From contig CM076000.1 in NCBI GenBank assembly GCA_038087875.1, positions 992,001 to 1,056,000 on the forward strand: a stretch of DNA of 64,000 nucleotides, in the 5' to 3' direction. A program made the position numbers and the translations under genes. This DNA comes from Malacoraja senta. Lineage: Eukaryota. This document shows positions 48,420-63,418 of the stretch, one piece after another. Under the pieces are notes generated by a model. It was not told the DNA's origin. It did no database searches and saw nothing but the letters and a program-made list of their open reading frames with translations. The stretch's first letter is position 1, and each line of letters starts with the position of its first letter.

Positions 48420-51400
48420 TAATTTAAGTGCAGTGTGGTAGAGCTTCCAATAAGGGTGTTGAAAGTAATTCTGATGTAGAGTGAATCAAAGATCATGACT
48501 GTTTTTGTTCCCTGAATTGCAGAATGCAGAATCTGCCGTGACCCTGCAAAACCAAACACACTTAAAAGGGAATTTCAAATTTAAATTAAAAAATATTTAA
48601 AATGCTTGTGGTCATTTGATGAAGGCTGATTTGTTTAATTGCAGAAGATGGGTTTGTCATGTGAAATAAGAACACTTGCCATTCAAAAGCTAAGTACTGC
48701 AGATGCTGGAAATCTAAAATAAAACCTGGAAATGCTGGGAGATGTCTGTAGAGAGAAACTGGTTGTTTCTGTGTTCAATGGTCATATTCAACAACAGAAC
48801 TGGGAAAATGTAGTAAAACAATAGCTAATTTGCAAAGAAGATGAAGAGAACAAAAAGGAGATTTGAGACTGGGTGGAGACTAGGAGAGATGCCACTGATG
48901 GTGCTGAGTGGCAAAGGTGTATAAATAATAAAGTTTGAATCGGGTGGAAGTGAAAGAACTCTACAGATACTAGAAGATTTTTTGAGCATTTTCTTTTTCT
49001 CACTATTTCAGATTTCTGCTGATGCTGAAATCTGAAATGCATTGTATTTCAGGAATCTTTACCACCTTTTAGCCAGCAACTCCCATCTCTTCAATCACTC
49101 AATCCCTACAAGTCTCTGTGATATTGCAGACTCCCCTTCATTCTCCCTGGTTTCTCTGTAATTTATTTCAAACTTCTCACAGTACCGATGGTTGGTGATT
49201 TAACCAAATGTGAAACGGGTTTTTCTCAACTGATGGTAGACAAAAATGCTGGAGAAACTCAGCGGGTGAGGCAGCGTCTATGGAGCGAAGGAAATGGGCA
49301 AAGTTTCGGGTCGAAACCCTTCTTCAGACTGATGTGAGGGTCGGGGCTTCGGGGGGGGGGGGGGGGGGGGGGGCGGGAAGAAGAAAGGAAGAAGTGGAAC
49401 TGATTTTGCCAGACCTGAGGTTTGTGACTTCATATTGACAATGTACCACTTGTTCAGTAATCTGTTTCTTAAAGCATTGATAATGTTATTTAAAAATAAA
49501 TGTTTTCTTGTTGGAATGAACCATGGTGATTGAGTTTGCTAGCAAAATAACAATAGGATTCCGAGAGCTTGCAAATCTTTGTTATTCATGTATTTGCATA
49601 CAAAAAAATCAACTTAATTTATTCAGCCATCTCTTTAGTGACTAACAAATGCAATTCGAGCAAACTCAATGGTCAATGATTTGTCCGAGGTATGGGTGTT
49701 TGGCATTTAAAAAATATATATATATTAATGTGAAGTACAATTTGTGTTGCGTTTAAGAATACAATTTGAGGAAATTCCCAAGCATGTCATATTTTTAATA
49801 ATAAACAATGACATTTTAATCATGTTTACTTTAAAAAACAACAACATTGTTTTAACATTGAGAAATCTTAATTTAAAATGTCTTAATAACTTAATATTCT
49901 TCTGTGAAGTAGCTCTTTAAACTTGTGGTTGAATCTTTCTGCTTTTAACTGTTCACTGCTTTAACTGTTCCAAAACAACACCATAAAATTAGATAACCAG
50001 CATAAGGAGTGTACTAACTTCCAAACTGTTCGCATTTCTATCTTGTAAAGCAATTTTGCTCGATTTGTGTTTGTCGGCCCTGCATTAACCATCAACTCTT
50101 GGAACAAGAGGGTCTGCCTAAAGAGAGATACCCGCTAGTTAAATATTATGAGCAGTAGATGTCAATTTGAGGTGTTGATGTACACTACAGTTGTTATTTC
50201 AAAGGAAGTTTTAATAACACAATGCTACAAATTGCATCTTTCAGCATATTTGTACACAATAAAAGAAGCATTATTGATCATCATTACCAAAAACTGAGAT
50301 TGAGAACAAAGAAACATCAATTGTGCTTCTATGTATATCTGGGCAGTCGCTAGTTATAATGATATTGTGTGTATAGGAGACACAAGCAACTGAGGATACT
50401 GGAATCTTGATCAGAGCACAAAGTGCTGGAGGAACTCGATGGGTTAGGCAAATCTGTGTAGGGAATGGACCGGCAACGTTTTGGTTTGAGATCCTCAAAA
50501 TGTTACTTTGTATTTGTTTGGTCTCTTAAGCAAATCATAGGATATGGACCCTTCTATAGATGCATGTATTGGAGTGATGTGTTGTGGAAGAACCCCCAGT
50601 TGATCAAAATTGAATAATTTCTGGTGTAAAACAATATTTTGTAAATTGGGCAATTCTAATGCATGGTCCACTCTAGATCGGTAAGAGAGCCTGTCAATAC
50701 TTATTGTTGATGCTCATACTTCAGCAGTAACGCCCATTCTGACTGTTACCTGAAAGCATCTGTGGAGTTATTTGGAATAAATTCAGTGCTTCCAGTATAC
50801 GAATAATATAAAAATGGCTAGTAATGCCAGGAGGAAGTGCTCTGTCATTCATTGGGCAAGAATGATATTGTGTTTATCTGAGAGCACACAGTAGTCAATT
50901 ATGCCACAAATTTGCCTTGCTACTTTACATGAGAACCTGGTCAGTGAACCAGATTGCTACCAGCATTTATGGAACAAGTGGGATATTTTCACTTGTGTTT
51001 CACCAACAGTAAGCGTGAAGCCATGTGATTCACATCCATGGAAGTGATTGGGGAGAGACAGATGGACTAGTTTGTTCTTGCATTGTTGAATTGATTTTCA
51101 TGTCTTGTTCCAAAATAGGAATGAATTCTTTGTTCCGTCATAATTAGGAAGAGAAGTGTTGTTTTTTTAAACTAAATTCAACTTTAAAAATTACTCATTG
51201 AGTCTTCCAATCAAAGAGCTGTACAGCATAGAAACGGGCCCTTTGGCCCACTTTGTTCATGCCAGCCAAGTTAACATTTACTAGTCCCATTTCTGGAACC
51301 TTCCTATCCATATGTCTTTGTATTTGTAAGTTGTAATTGTTTCTGCTTCTATAGCTTCCTCTGGCAGCTTGTTCCATTTATGCACTATTTTCTGAGTGAA

Positions 51401-51453
51401 AGGTTTGACCCTGAAGTCCCTCTTGGATGTCTCCCCTTTCACCTTGAGCTTAT

Positions 51454-52895
51454 TGTAGATGATATATGCATGTGCCTTTAACATAGTGACCTCATACCTA
51501 CTAACCACTCCCCATATCACAAGTATAACTACAACCTCCCCACCCACAGATCGCTCTCTAGTTCCTGTGACAGACCACGTACAGCTAGTGCAATATGTAA
51601 TGCTCCAGTATGAATAAAGATAGTAAAGTAACGATGCCTCGTTATAGATTCTTTACATGGTGTCAGAAGTGGGATACGCTGCTGGAGAATCAGCTCGGGA
51701 CCCGGTATGTCTGGTGGCTAAATTTGATGCTATTTGTGATATCCCAACAAACTGCATCTTAGAACGTTTTAAACTGTTCGCGCGGCGTCAGCTCCCTGGG
51801 GAAAATGCTGAGAACTATGTCTCTGGGCTGCGCCACCTGGCCAGGCGCTGCCGCCTCCACACGTGGACCCCCGATGAGATTATCAGGGACCTTCTGGTTT
51901 ACGGTCTCCGCGATGATAAGCTCAGGGCCGAACTTCTGCGCAAGCCGGATCTGACTTTTAACGATGCGATGCACGCCACTCGCTTAGCTGAAGCTGTCAC
52001 CTCGGCGGTGTCACCGGCTGAACAGGCGATTAACTTTGCCAGCACTCCCAGTCATCTGATGAACACGCCCCGGTCGCGGCCCCCAGGGTCGCTCGCTGCT
52101 CGAGGGGGGCGTGCCCCGGGGTTCGGTACTGCTCCAGGGAGAGGTACCCGGGAAAGGTGCCCTAATTGCAACTTCACCACTCATCAATACAATGTGTGCC
52201 CTGCCTTGGGTAAAACGTGTAATGTCTGCAAGAAATTGAACCATTTTGCTGCGGCCTGTCGCTCCTGTGGGAAGCCTGTCGCTGCTCCGAGGGGAAATTT
52301 AAACAACCTTCTGCAAACTGATAGTGAGCTCAGCTCCCAGTGCTATTTCGATGCACAGTCTGTTTCTGCACCTCCTCAACTCCTTCCGTCCCACCCTGCT
52401 CCGACTAGTCCTCGCTCGCCTGCCCGCGCACTGCCCGCTCCTGATCCCGCATCACCTCCGGGTTTGGTGCCGCGGTCTCCTCCGTCTCCTCCCGTTTCCC
52501 CCTTTCAGGTTCGTCTGTCCCCATCAGTGCCTCTTCCTCCTGCCGGAAGGGAGGATGGCGAGACGCGAACCCGGTCGGGACGTCTTGTCAAACCGCCTGT
52601 CCGCTATGGCGATTTTGTTTAACCATCCTAGCGCATGAGCCGTGGTCGCCCTGTCACCATTGTATTTGCCTGTCGATTCGGAGGGGAAGGATGTAGATGA
52701 TATATGCATGTGCCTTTAACATAGTGACCTCATACCTACTAACCACTCCCCATATCACAAGTATAACTACAACCTCCCCACCCACAGATCGCTCTCTAGT
52801 TCCTGTGACAGACCACGTACAGCTAGTGCAATATGTAATGCTCCAGTATGAATAAAGATAGTAAAGTAACGATGCCTCGTTATAGATTCTTTACA
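51454..52895 (+). mobile_element. 1442-bp gag-only Gypsy-type LTR element
   Basis: Identical 204-bp TG...CA LTRs (51454-51657 and 52692-52895); TSD CTTAT; PBS TGGTGTCAGAAGTGGGAT (tRNA-Leu type); PPT GGAGGGGAAGGA; inserted into a CR1. Confidence 0.95.
51657..52622 (+). CDS. gag: Truncated Gypsy Gag (capsid C-half plus two CCHC knuckles) fused to the Pol C-terminal tail, 321 aa
   Basis: ERFKLFARRQLPGE..ENYV..LR.LA..C and IRDLLVYGL; CPNCNFTTHQYNVC and CNVCKKLNHFAAAC; ends TRSGRLVKPPVRY. Confidence 0.8.
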   Translation: MVSEVGYAAGESARDPVCLVAKFDAICDIPTNCILERFKLFARRQLPGENAENYVSGLRHLARRCRLHTWTPDEIIRDLLVYGLRDDKLRAELLRKPDLTFNDAMHATRLAEAVTSAVSPAEQAINFASTPSHLMNTPRSRPPGSLAARGGRAPGFGTAPGRGTRERCPNCNFTTHQYNVCPALGKTCNVCKKLNHFAAACRSCGKPVAAPRGNLNNLLQTDSELSSQCYFDAQSVSAPPQLLPSHPAPTSPRSPARALPAPDPASPPGLVPRSPPSPPVSPFQVRLSPSVPLPPAGREDGETRTRSGRLVKPPVRYGDFV

Positions 52896-54314
52896 CTTAT
52901 GCCCTCTAATTTTAGAACCCTCTACTCTAGCTGGTGGGGAGAGGGGAAGGAAGATTTGAGTGTTCACTGTATCCATGATTTTGGATACTTCAAAAAGTTC
53001 ACCCCTCACTCCTGTCCAAGGAGAAAAGTCGCAGTGTCTCCCTGTAACTCGAGGCCTAGTAACATTCTGGTGAATCTCTTCTGCACCCTTTCCAATTTAA
53101 TGACATCCTTCCTGTAGCTGGGTTACCAGATCCACGGAATGTATTCCAATTGTACTCTTGCCAATGACTTGTACAGCTGTATCATAATGTCCCAATTTTT
53201 TGTACTCAACCATCCAATGAAGTCAAGTGTGCCAAATGCTGCCTTCACCACACTGTCCTCCTGAACCACCACTTTTGGGAAGCCATGCACCTGTCCATCC
53301 CGATCTCTCTGTTCAGCAACACTCTCCAGGGCTCGACCATTTATTGTAAGTCCTGCCCTAGTTTGACATACCAAAGTGTAATAATATGTCACTTCTTAGT
53401 TAAATTCCATTTGCCATTTCTAAACTCTTTCCAACAAATCTAGATTCTGTTGTAAACTTGGATATCCTTCGTCACTGTCCACCAAATTACCAATTTTGGT
53501 ATAATCTGTGAATGTTAACTTTGTCATTCGAATCGCTAATGCAGATAACAAACGACAACGGCTTCAATCCCTGCGGCACATCACTGGATATGGGGCTCCA
53601 TTTGGAAAACAACTATCCATGGACACCTTCTTTCCATGGATACACTTCTGAATCCAATTGGCTAGCTCACTTTGCATTCAATGTAATCTAACCTTCCAGA
53701 CTAGCCTACCATATAAGCTAGTCAGAGGTCTTCCTAAATTCTACATAGACAATGTTCACTGCCCTGCCCTCATCAATCCTCTTGGTGACCTTTTCAAATC
53801 CAAAGGCCTTGGGATTTATCTACTTTAATGTGTGTTAAAACCACCAGTAACACCTCTTCATTAATTGCGATATGATCTAATACATCACACCTCGTATGCC
53901 TCAATTCCTTGGTTTCTGTAATTTTCTCCTCCAGTATATTTCTTTAATATATCCCCTATCTTTCATGGCTGTGTGATTCTTTGGGGGACTGGTGCCATCT
54001 TTAGCCTCCATTTAACTCTTAACGTGCATATAAAATCTCTACCTTGCCTGTCAGCTCCATTTCATCTCCTCTTTTTGCCCTCCCGATTGCTGCCTTAAGT
54101 GTACTACATTTCCTGTGCCTTAATTTGTGGTATGCTCCTTCCTAACGAGAGCCTCAATATAACCAAAATATTGTATTTCGCCCCCTGATTAACATTTTAC
54201 ACTGTCTTGAGATGTTTTAAGTATGTAAATTTAAGTGTCCTGGGCTAGCTACATTTTAGAAAAAATATTCAGTATGTTGTCATTGAAGCGAACCCAAATA
54301 TCATCAGAATCTCA

Positions 54315-54775
54315 GGTGTGATTCCCAGGAATGAGTAGGTTAACCTATGATGAGCGTTTGTCGGCACTGGGTCTGTACTCGCAGGAGTTTAGAAGAATTA
54401 GGGGGGGGGGAACCTCATTGAAACATACAGAATAGTGAAAAGCTTGGATGTGGAGAGGATGTTTCCATTAGTGGGAGTGTCTAGAACTAGAGGTCATAGC
54501 CTCAGAATTAAAGGCCTTTTAGGAAGGAAATGAGAAATTGTTTTAGTCAGAGGGTGGTGAGTCTGAGGAATTCTTTGCCGCAGAAGGCTGTAGAGGCCAA
54601 GTCAGTGGATATTTTTAAAGCAGATATAGATAGATTCTTGATTAGTACAGGTGTCAAAGGTTATAGGGAGAACTGGACAGGAGAATGGGCTTCAGAGGGA
54701 GATATAGATCGACCATGATTGAATGGCAGAATAGACTTGATGGGCTGAATGGTCTAATTCTACTCCTATTCCTTA
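54315..54775 (+). mobile_element. CR1 3' end
   Basis: MRNCFSQRVVSLRNSLPQKAVEA. Confidence 0.85.
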
Positions 54776-56755
54776 TGAGTAGCTTTATTACTTTTTTTTC
54801 TGATAATATATTTACCTGTCAAATCAGTTTCCCTTCTATGTCACTTTTTTGTTTCTGATAAATCCTTATGTAAATACTTAGGAGGAATAGTAATTTCTTA
54901 AATGTCCTTTTTTGAAATAATGCCTATATAAATGAAAATTAACCTTTCATTGACAGTTGGTAACTGAGTCAATGGGTAGTTATTCACAGAATTAACAAGG
55001 GAAGCTTTTGATTTCTGTTGCAAATAACATTTGAAAGAGTGTGGTTTATTATTGGCTATGGGATGACTGTTGTTTAATTGCCCTTCACCACACATGAACA
55101 GCACCGATTGATCTTATTACCAACACCATCAGTCTCCAAACAGAACGTTGCATTTTGTGCACCAATAAAACTCATTAAAAACCAGGGAGTGATTTCATTC
55201 TTTCAATTTATTTTCAAAGGCTTCCTCTTGTGTGGGTGTATTTTCTTAAAGATTTATAGCCAGAGAGCACACTCTTAATTTTTAATCAGCAAATAGATTG
55301 TCTCTAAAACATTAAAATTTGTGGAATTAAGTAAAACCATGAAATTGAGATATAATGCCATGTTCATAATTTATGATTTTCATAATTATTTTTGCCTGCT
55401 GATGTTGCATTTCATTTAATACCCATTCTAGCACTAGTTTATATATTTGATTAAAGTATGCATTGATTTTTTTTCTGGACTTGTTTTGCCAATTTGTGGG
55501 CCTAAACATGAATTTCAGTTCAAATGCAGCCCATATGTGGAATTTGTAAATGAATGTGTCACCTCTTGAATTTTGAGACCAAGTAGACATGCGTCTTTTC
55601 TTGTCAATTATGAAAAGTCCCTCGGCCAAACTTGTAAAATTGAATAAACCATCAGAAGCAATGATATATGACAAAGATAAATTGAGCAATAATTGTCCTT
55701 GCAAAAGTGGAAATTTGGGGGCATCTACTGCTGATCAACTTTTTTTTGCAAGGTAGGAATAATATGTTTACATCTACCTAATCACAGCAGCAATGACTTA
55801 ATGTTATTAATATATATACAAGGCACAGGGAATAATTATCTTTCTACAGAGAATGCACCACTTCAGAACCTGCATCATTTTGATACATGACTTGGTTCAC
55901 ATGTTAGGTTTTGGATAACATAATAAACATAAGAAGCACTGCTGATTAAAACTTTACATCAAGCATGTGTCTGGTCTCCCTGTGTAATTTTGGAAAGGTT
56001 TTATGTATGAGAAGTAGATAAGACTGGTATTGTACTGGCTAGCAGTTGGAACAATGGGAGAAGAACTCGTGGAAATACAAAAATTCTTATGGAGATTGAT
56101 GGGGTGAATGCACAACAGATGGTGTGTTTAGAATCAGGGATTGCAAAATAAGGGACCAGCCATTCAGGATGGGGACAAGAAAAAACCCATCTTCACCGAG
56201 AGTAGTATATGTATGGTATTCTCTATCCAAGAGGGCCCTGAGGACTCTCTCATTGGAAAGAGATGCAATCACATAATCTAGTTCACTCACATTTAATGAC
56301 CACATTTTAAGCTTTATTGAGTGATTTATTTATGCATTCTTTGTTCACACACCAGATGTCAGACTCTTCCTTTTCAAGTCATAATTTGTGCTTCCACACT
56401 AACTAATTTTTTCAAATAATTTCTCTCGGGATTGTTTTTCCACAGTTGTTTCTCTCTCTCATTGCTATAATTTTAATTGGTGCAGTGAAACCGAATCCTC
56501 CATCAGACCAATTGGAAATGCCAATTGTTTGGCACCTGACTCACCAGGTAATGTTTGCCTTTGCTCCCTAACTACTTTGTGGGGCTATGGCTCCTGCCTT
56601 TTTGACTTGCATTTGTCAAATTCTGTCATTTCCTTCCACTCACCAGGTCTCAAATGTCGCACTCTCTCTGACTCGCTGGGCCCCCTCGTTCCTTTCTGAC
56701 TTGCTGGAGCCCTACCTTCCATGCTCCCCATTAAATTGCCTGGTTCAATGGAAAA

Positions 56756-57854
<1,099 letters not shown>

Positions 57855-58399
57855 GTCCCCCCCCCCTATTACTAATACAATTCCAGACTTCCTTTTATCT
57901 TTTTTTTTTTCCCCAAGCTGCCATGGTAGCTTCATGTTCATTCTTCCACATCTCCAGATACTGATCTAGAAATTTCACCGGTGTACTATTGCATCCAGCA
58001 GAATGGGAATGGGCATTATGGACATGCTCCATAATGTGTCTCACCCAATTTATAACAGTGCACTGTATTTTTAGGTAAAATTGTATCGTTAGTAATCGGC
58101 TTCTATTGCCAAAGTCTGCAAACAAACCTGTCTTCATTAGACAGTTAGTGGGTGGCTTAGCGATGACTAATATTGCCTTGCATTACCTTTTAGGGCGTTC
58201 TTATGTTTGACCTACTTCTGCTGGATATAAAGTGTGCTTATTTTTATACTGAGCAGCCATTAAGAACAGTAAGAGTACCCAAACACTCTTTACAACTGTC
58301 CTACAAATACTCTTAGCTTAAAATATGAATGATAAATCAGCAGGTTTCTAAACAACCATTTGTTCAAATGTACTAACACTAATATCAGGATATTTTGTT

Positions 58400-58915
58400 T
58401 AGAACATTGAGTACAGCACAGCAACAGGCCACATGATCCAAATCCCTCATTCCCTGATATCCATGTGCCTATCTAAATGACACTCAAACAACACAATAGT
58501 TTCTGCCTCCATCACCACCACACCTGGCTGCATGTTCAGCACTTGTCCTGCACATTTCCACCCGAAGAAGAAGGTTCTGACTGTCTACCCTCTCGATGCC
58601 TCTCGTTATTTTATATATTTCTATCAGGTCTCCTGTCAACCTCTGGTGTTCCAAAGAAAAAAATATTCCAAGTCTGTCCAACTTCTCCTTATAGCCAAGG
58701 ACCTCTAATCCAGTCATCATTCTGGTAAACATCCTCTGTACCCTCTCCTAACCCTCCACATACTTCATATAATGGGGCCACCAGAACTGTATGCAAAACT
58801 CCATATGTGGCCTAACTAATGTCCTATAAAGTTGCATCATAACTTCCTGACTTATATTCAATGGCCCGAGCAATGAAAGCAAGCATACTTTATGCTTTCT
58901 TTACAACTCTATCTA
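58400..58915 (-). mobile_element. CR1 3' fragment
   Basis: LDRLGIFFSLEHQRLTGDLIEIYKI. Confidence 0.8.
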
Positions 58916-58919
58916 TACC

Positions 58920-59822
58920 GGATATGATGTACGTTGGTGAGAACAAGCGTAGACTTGACCACTGTTTCACAGAAACTTGTGCTCGGTCTCGACCCGAAAC
59001 ATCATCCATTCCTTCTCTCCAGAGATGCTGCCAGTCCCGCTGAGTTACTCCTGCATTTTGTGTCTCTCTTCAAATGACGTCACGTGTTCCAGACAGCTGT
59101 GCGGACGCATGATGACGCGCGCGACCGACGTGCATCAGTCACTACCGGCCTGTCGCGTAAATGACGGCCAAGTGGGACAGGCTCTTAACTATTTTAACTC
59201 TGCTTCCCAACTTTCTGTCCTGGGCCTTCTCCATTGACAGTGAGGCTGCATGTGAACTGGAGGAACAGTGGCTCAAATTATGCTTGGGTAGTTTGCAACC
59301 CAAAATTATGAACATTGAATTCTCCAATTTTAGGGAACCTCTAACTAATTCTCTCACATCCCTCTCCCCTGCCCCCCTCCCCTATGCCCCACCTGGACTC
59401 CGACCTATTTCTCCCTTCCTTCTCCCATCGCACCCCAGCCGCTACTTTTCTCTCCCTGGTTTTATAATTTGCAACTCATTAATCCTATCTCTCCTATATG
59501 AAGAGGGGTCTTGACCCGAAACATCACCTATCCATGTTCTCCAGAGATGCTGCTGATCTGCTGAATTACTCCAGCACTTTGCGTTCTTTTGTGTATTAAT
59601 CAGCATCAGCATTTCTTTGTTTCTACTGTCTCATGTCTTCTGCTTTTTATCTCTGGCCTTTGTTCCAACCATCTGCCCATGAAAACACCCCCTCGCCCAT
59701 ACCCACCATTACCTGCCATAGACTCAATGTTCTAAATGGTCTTGACCTGAAACATCACTTTTCCATGTTCTCAGAGATGCTACCTGGCCTGTTGAGTTAC
59801 TCCAGCATTTTGTGTCCTTTTG
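58920..59822 (+). mobile_element. Degraded Penelope-like fragments with a nested Harbinger-type MITE end (~59073-59183)
   Basis: YVGENKRRL and LEEQWLKLCLGSLQP..MNIEFSNF; repeated 3' cassettes; CAAGTGGGACAGGC terminus. Confidence 0.65.
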
Positions 59823-59874
59823 AAATTTGGTTGAGTTGTGTAAAAGATACCGTAGGATATAGATCAGTTGGCAA

Positions 59875-60620
59875 TTTGGGCAGATAAATAGAATTAAATC
59901 CAGAAAATGTGAACTTATGCATTTTGAGTTCAAATACAAAAATATACAGTAAATGGCAGGACCTTTAGGAGCAGTGATGTTTTGAAGGATCTTGGGATGC
60001 AAATCCATGTATTCCTGAGAGTGGTATCACAATTAGATTTGATGGTAAAGCACATGTATGGTTACTGGACTTCATCAATTGGGTAAATGAGCATCAAAGT
60101 TGGCAAGTCATGTTACATCTGTATAAAACTTTGATTAGGACACATTTGGAATATTGTATGCAGTTCTGGTCACCACACCAGATGTGGAGGCTTCAGAGAT
60201 GCTGCGGAAGAGGTTTACCAGAATAGACACAAAATGCTGTAGTAACTCAGCGGGACAGGTTTACCAGGATGTTGCCTGAATTAGGTATAAGAAGTTTGAC
60301 AAACTTGGATTGTTTTCTCTGCAGCATCAGAGGCTGATGGGCAACCTAATAAATGTATATGTTATAAGTAATTTTCTCCAGGGTTGAACATTTTAAAACA
60401 TAGAAGTGGTATGTGCCAGGAATGCTGCCAGAGGAAGTGGTAGAACGAAATGTGATAGCAACATTTAAGAGTCATTTAGGCAGATACATGAACAGGCAGG
60501 AAATAACAGGATATAGACCAAATGCAGGCAGATCTGATTAGTTAGACTGGCATTGTGGTTGGCACAGACATGATGGGCCAAAGGGCTTGTTCCTGTGCTA
60601 TACTGTTCCAATATTCTATG
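59875..60620 (+). mobile_element. CR1 3' fragment
   Basis: catttggaatattgtatgcagttctggtcacc (HLEYCMQFWSP) and CR1 tail. Confidence 0.8.
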
Positions 60621-62109
60621 TAACATCTAAAAAATGTGTATTAAAAGTGCGTTAGTTTAGAAATTGTACCAGTTTGTGTGTGCTAGATTAATTAAATTTT
60701 ATTGTAACCAGGGTGACAAGAAACAACTAGGGTCAAATATTGGAGTGGTTGGGCAGCATTACAAAGGAAGCAATTGAGGACTCCAAATCTTAGAGCTTGA
60801 ATTGAGAAGAGGCCAGAGGGGACGGAACAAAATGCATTCATGTTTTTTTTTTCATTTTCAAAGCTCTGCTCCAATCGAAATTAAAGTTGATAACTTTAGT
60901 ATTTTGGTATCCCATGATTTTTATTTTAGAAATAAAAAATAAATCAGCTGGAAGAAATTCAAATTAGAAATTTTCTTCTATGGTGGACAGAAAATAGATA
61001 TAGCTAAAGAAAAAAAAGTTTATTAATAATATTACAAATTATCAGTATCGATGAGCATAACAATGATTCTAACTTACACAAGATGTTTTAGTTCTTAAAC
61101 ATAAGTGAAAATCAAAACACGTCTTTCTCTGTATTAATAGTGGCCAGTTTTTACATCAGCAGAACTTCACCTGTACTATTTAACTTGTTACATCTTAAGA
61201 GGCTACAGAAGATTTCAAAGGGAGAGTAGTATTTGCTATCACGAAGGATCTAGACAGAACAGATAGGAAAAAACTCTCCATTCGTAGGGGGTACAAAACC
61301 AAAGGATTTAGAATGAATGTGCTGGACAAAATAACCAGATGACATGAGTGAAACATTTTTAATGCAGCAAATAATTAGGCTCTGGCATGAACTGTCTGCA
61401 GTGGTAGTGGAGATTCAATTGTATTATTCTAAAGGGAAGGGAATAAGTATCTGAAAGGGAAAAAAAATGCAAAGCCATGGGGATTGGATGGGAAAATCGC
61501 ACATTTCAAGCACTTGCACATTATCCAAGTAAAGATTTGAAAGACGGTAACTTCCTTGCCAGTTGTAACTGTTCTGTGATTCTGCTGGCTTAGTTCCACA
61601 CATATGCTTCTTCAATTGTAATACCCCTGTCCTTCCATGCACCAATTTGGTTGACTGCTACTCTTCATGATGGAAATCTGCTGTCTGGGCTGGCCTATAC
61701 ATGACTAAAGACTCATCTCACAGATTTACTACCTGTTGACATTATATATCAGGTCAATCAGTTAGGGTACAATTGGGGATGGACAATCAAAGCCTATCTT
61801 GCCAAATTTACACCCATTCTGTGAAAGACAAATTGCACTTGTGCACATAATCAACAATAATAAAAAGTAATCTGATTTTAATTTCATGGTGCAGGTTCGC
61901 TCTATTATATGCACGGCTGTTGACCTGTCATCTATTGAGTGACGTAATGCGTACAAGATTTAGCAAAAAGTATTCCACATGTATTTACATGTTTTTCCAT
62001 GATTATGTGGTAATATGACTCAACTCCAGCCAAAAGATCGTTGTTATTTTGCCTCTTAATCTATTACCAAGTCACAATATATGCAATACTGCTAACCTAG
62101 TTCAAATGA

Positions 62110-62424
62110 CTTCAAGTAACCCTTGCTTTCCCTCTCTTTCCCCATCCCTTCCCTTTCCCAGTTCTCTGACCAGTCTTACTGTCTCTGACAACATTTTATC
62201 TCTGTCTGCTTTGTTGTTGCCTTCTCCCAGCTAACAATGATCTATTCTACATTTTCCTTGATCTCCATTTTCTTTGCCCTGTTTTCACACCTTGACTCTT
62301 CCTTATCTATCTATCTATCTCTCACCTGACATCACTCTGAAGAAGGGTGTCGACCCGAAACGTCACCCATTCCTTCTCTCCAGAGATGCTGCCTGTCCCG
62401 CTGAGTTACTCCAGCATTTTGTGT
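62110..62424 (+). mobile_element. Short Penelope 3' cassette with hammerhead-like core
   Basis: 13-bp TSD CTAGTTCAAATGA (62097-62109 and 62425-62437); CTGAAGA-A-GGGT-gtcg-ACCC-GAAACGTC at 62337-62364. Confidence 0.8.
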
Positions 62425-62486
62425 CTAGTTCAAATGATATTTGATTGGCCTTCACCAAAGTGATCAGTTAAAATCTGATGGTGGGC

Positions 62487-63418
62487 AAGGTGGACAAAAA
62501 TGCTGGAGAAACTCAGCGGGTGAGGCAGCATCTATGGAGCGAAGGAATCGATGACGTTTTGGGTCGAGACCCTTCTTCAGACTGATGTGGGGTGGGGCGG
62601 GAAGAAGAAAGGAAGAAGCGGAGACTGGGCTGTGGGAGAGCTGGGAAGGGGAGGAGAAAGCAAGGACTATCTGTAATTGGAGAAGTCAATGTTCATACCG
62701 CTGGGGTGTAAACTACCCAAGCGAAATATGAGGTGCTGCTCGCCCAATTTGCAGTGGGACTCACTCTGGCCAAGGAGGAGGCCCAGGACAGAAAGGTCGG
62801 ATTCGGAATGGGAGGGGGAGTTGAAGTGCTGAGTCACCGGAAGATCAGGTTGGATAATGAGAACTGTGCGGAGGTGTTGGGTAAAGTGATCGCCAAGCCT
62901 GCGCTTGGTCTCACCGATGTAGAGCAGTTGAAACCTAGAGCAGCGGATGCAATAGATGAGGTTGGAGGAGGTGCAGGTGAACCTCTGCCTCACCTGGAAA
63001 GACTACTTGGGTCCTTGGATGGAGTCGAGGGGAGAGGTAAAGCGACAAGTATAGCATTTCCTGCGGTTGCAAGGGAATGTACCAGGGTAGGGGGTGTTTT
63101 GGGTGGGAAGGGACAAATTGACCAAGGAGTTACGGAGGGAGAGGTCTCTGCAGAAAGCCAAAAGGAGAGATGGGAAGATGTGGCTAGTGGTGGGATCCCG
63201 TTGGAGGTGGCAAAAATGTCGGAGGATTATCTGTTGTATGTGACGGCTGGTAGGGTGGAAGGTGAGGACAAGGGGGACTCTGCTCTTACGAGTGGGGGGA
63301 AGGGGAGTGAGAACAGAGTTATGGGGTATAGAAGAGACCCTGGTGAGAACCTCATCTATAGTCGAAGAGGGGAACCCCCGTTCCCTAAAGAATGAGGACA
63401 TCTCCGATGCCCTGGTTT
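62487..63418 (-). mobile_element. Penelope-like element fragment (GIY-YIG)
   Basis: ORFs 62667-62993 and 63003-63440: NLIYCIRCSRFQLLYIGETKRRLGDHF; near-copy of 34763-35909. Confidence 0.9.

Larger units (their letters stand above)
51200..54150 (-). mobile_element. CR1 LINE (host of the mini Gypsy element)
   Basis: CR1 tail at ~51200 continues after the TSD at 52901; IMIQLYKSLAR..LEY. Confidence 0.75.

Noticed and set aside
48690..49400. Penelope fragments in the PDCL3 3' UTR as a dsRNA element
   Set aside because: Fragments are short and diverged; I could not see an extended pairing.
62733..63395. 220-aa plus-strand ORF (and 35151-35609)
   Set aside because: Antisense shadow of the Penelope coding strand.
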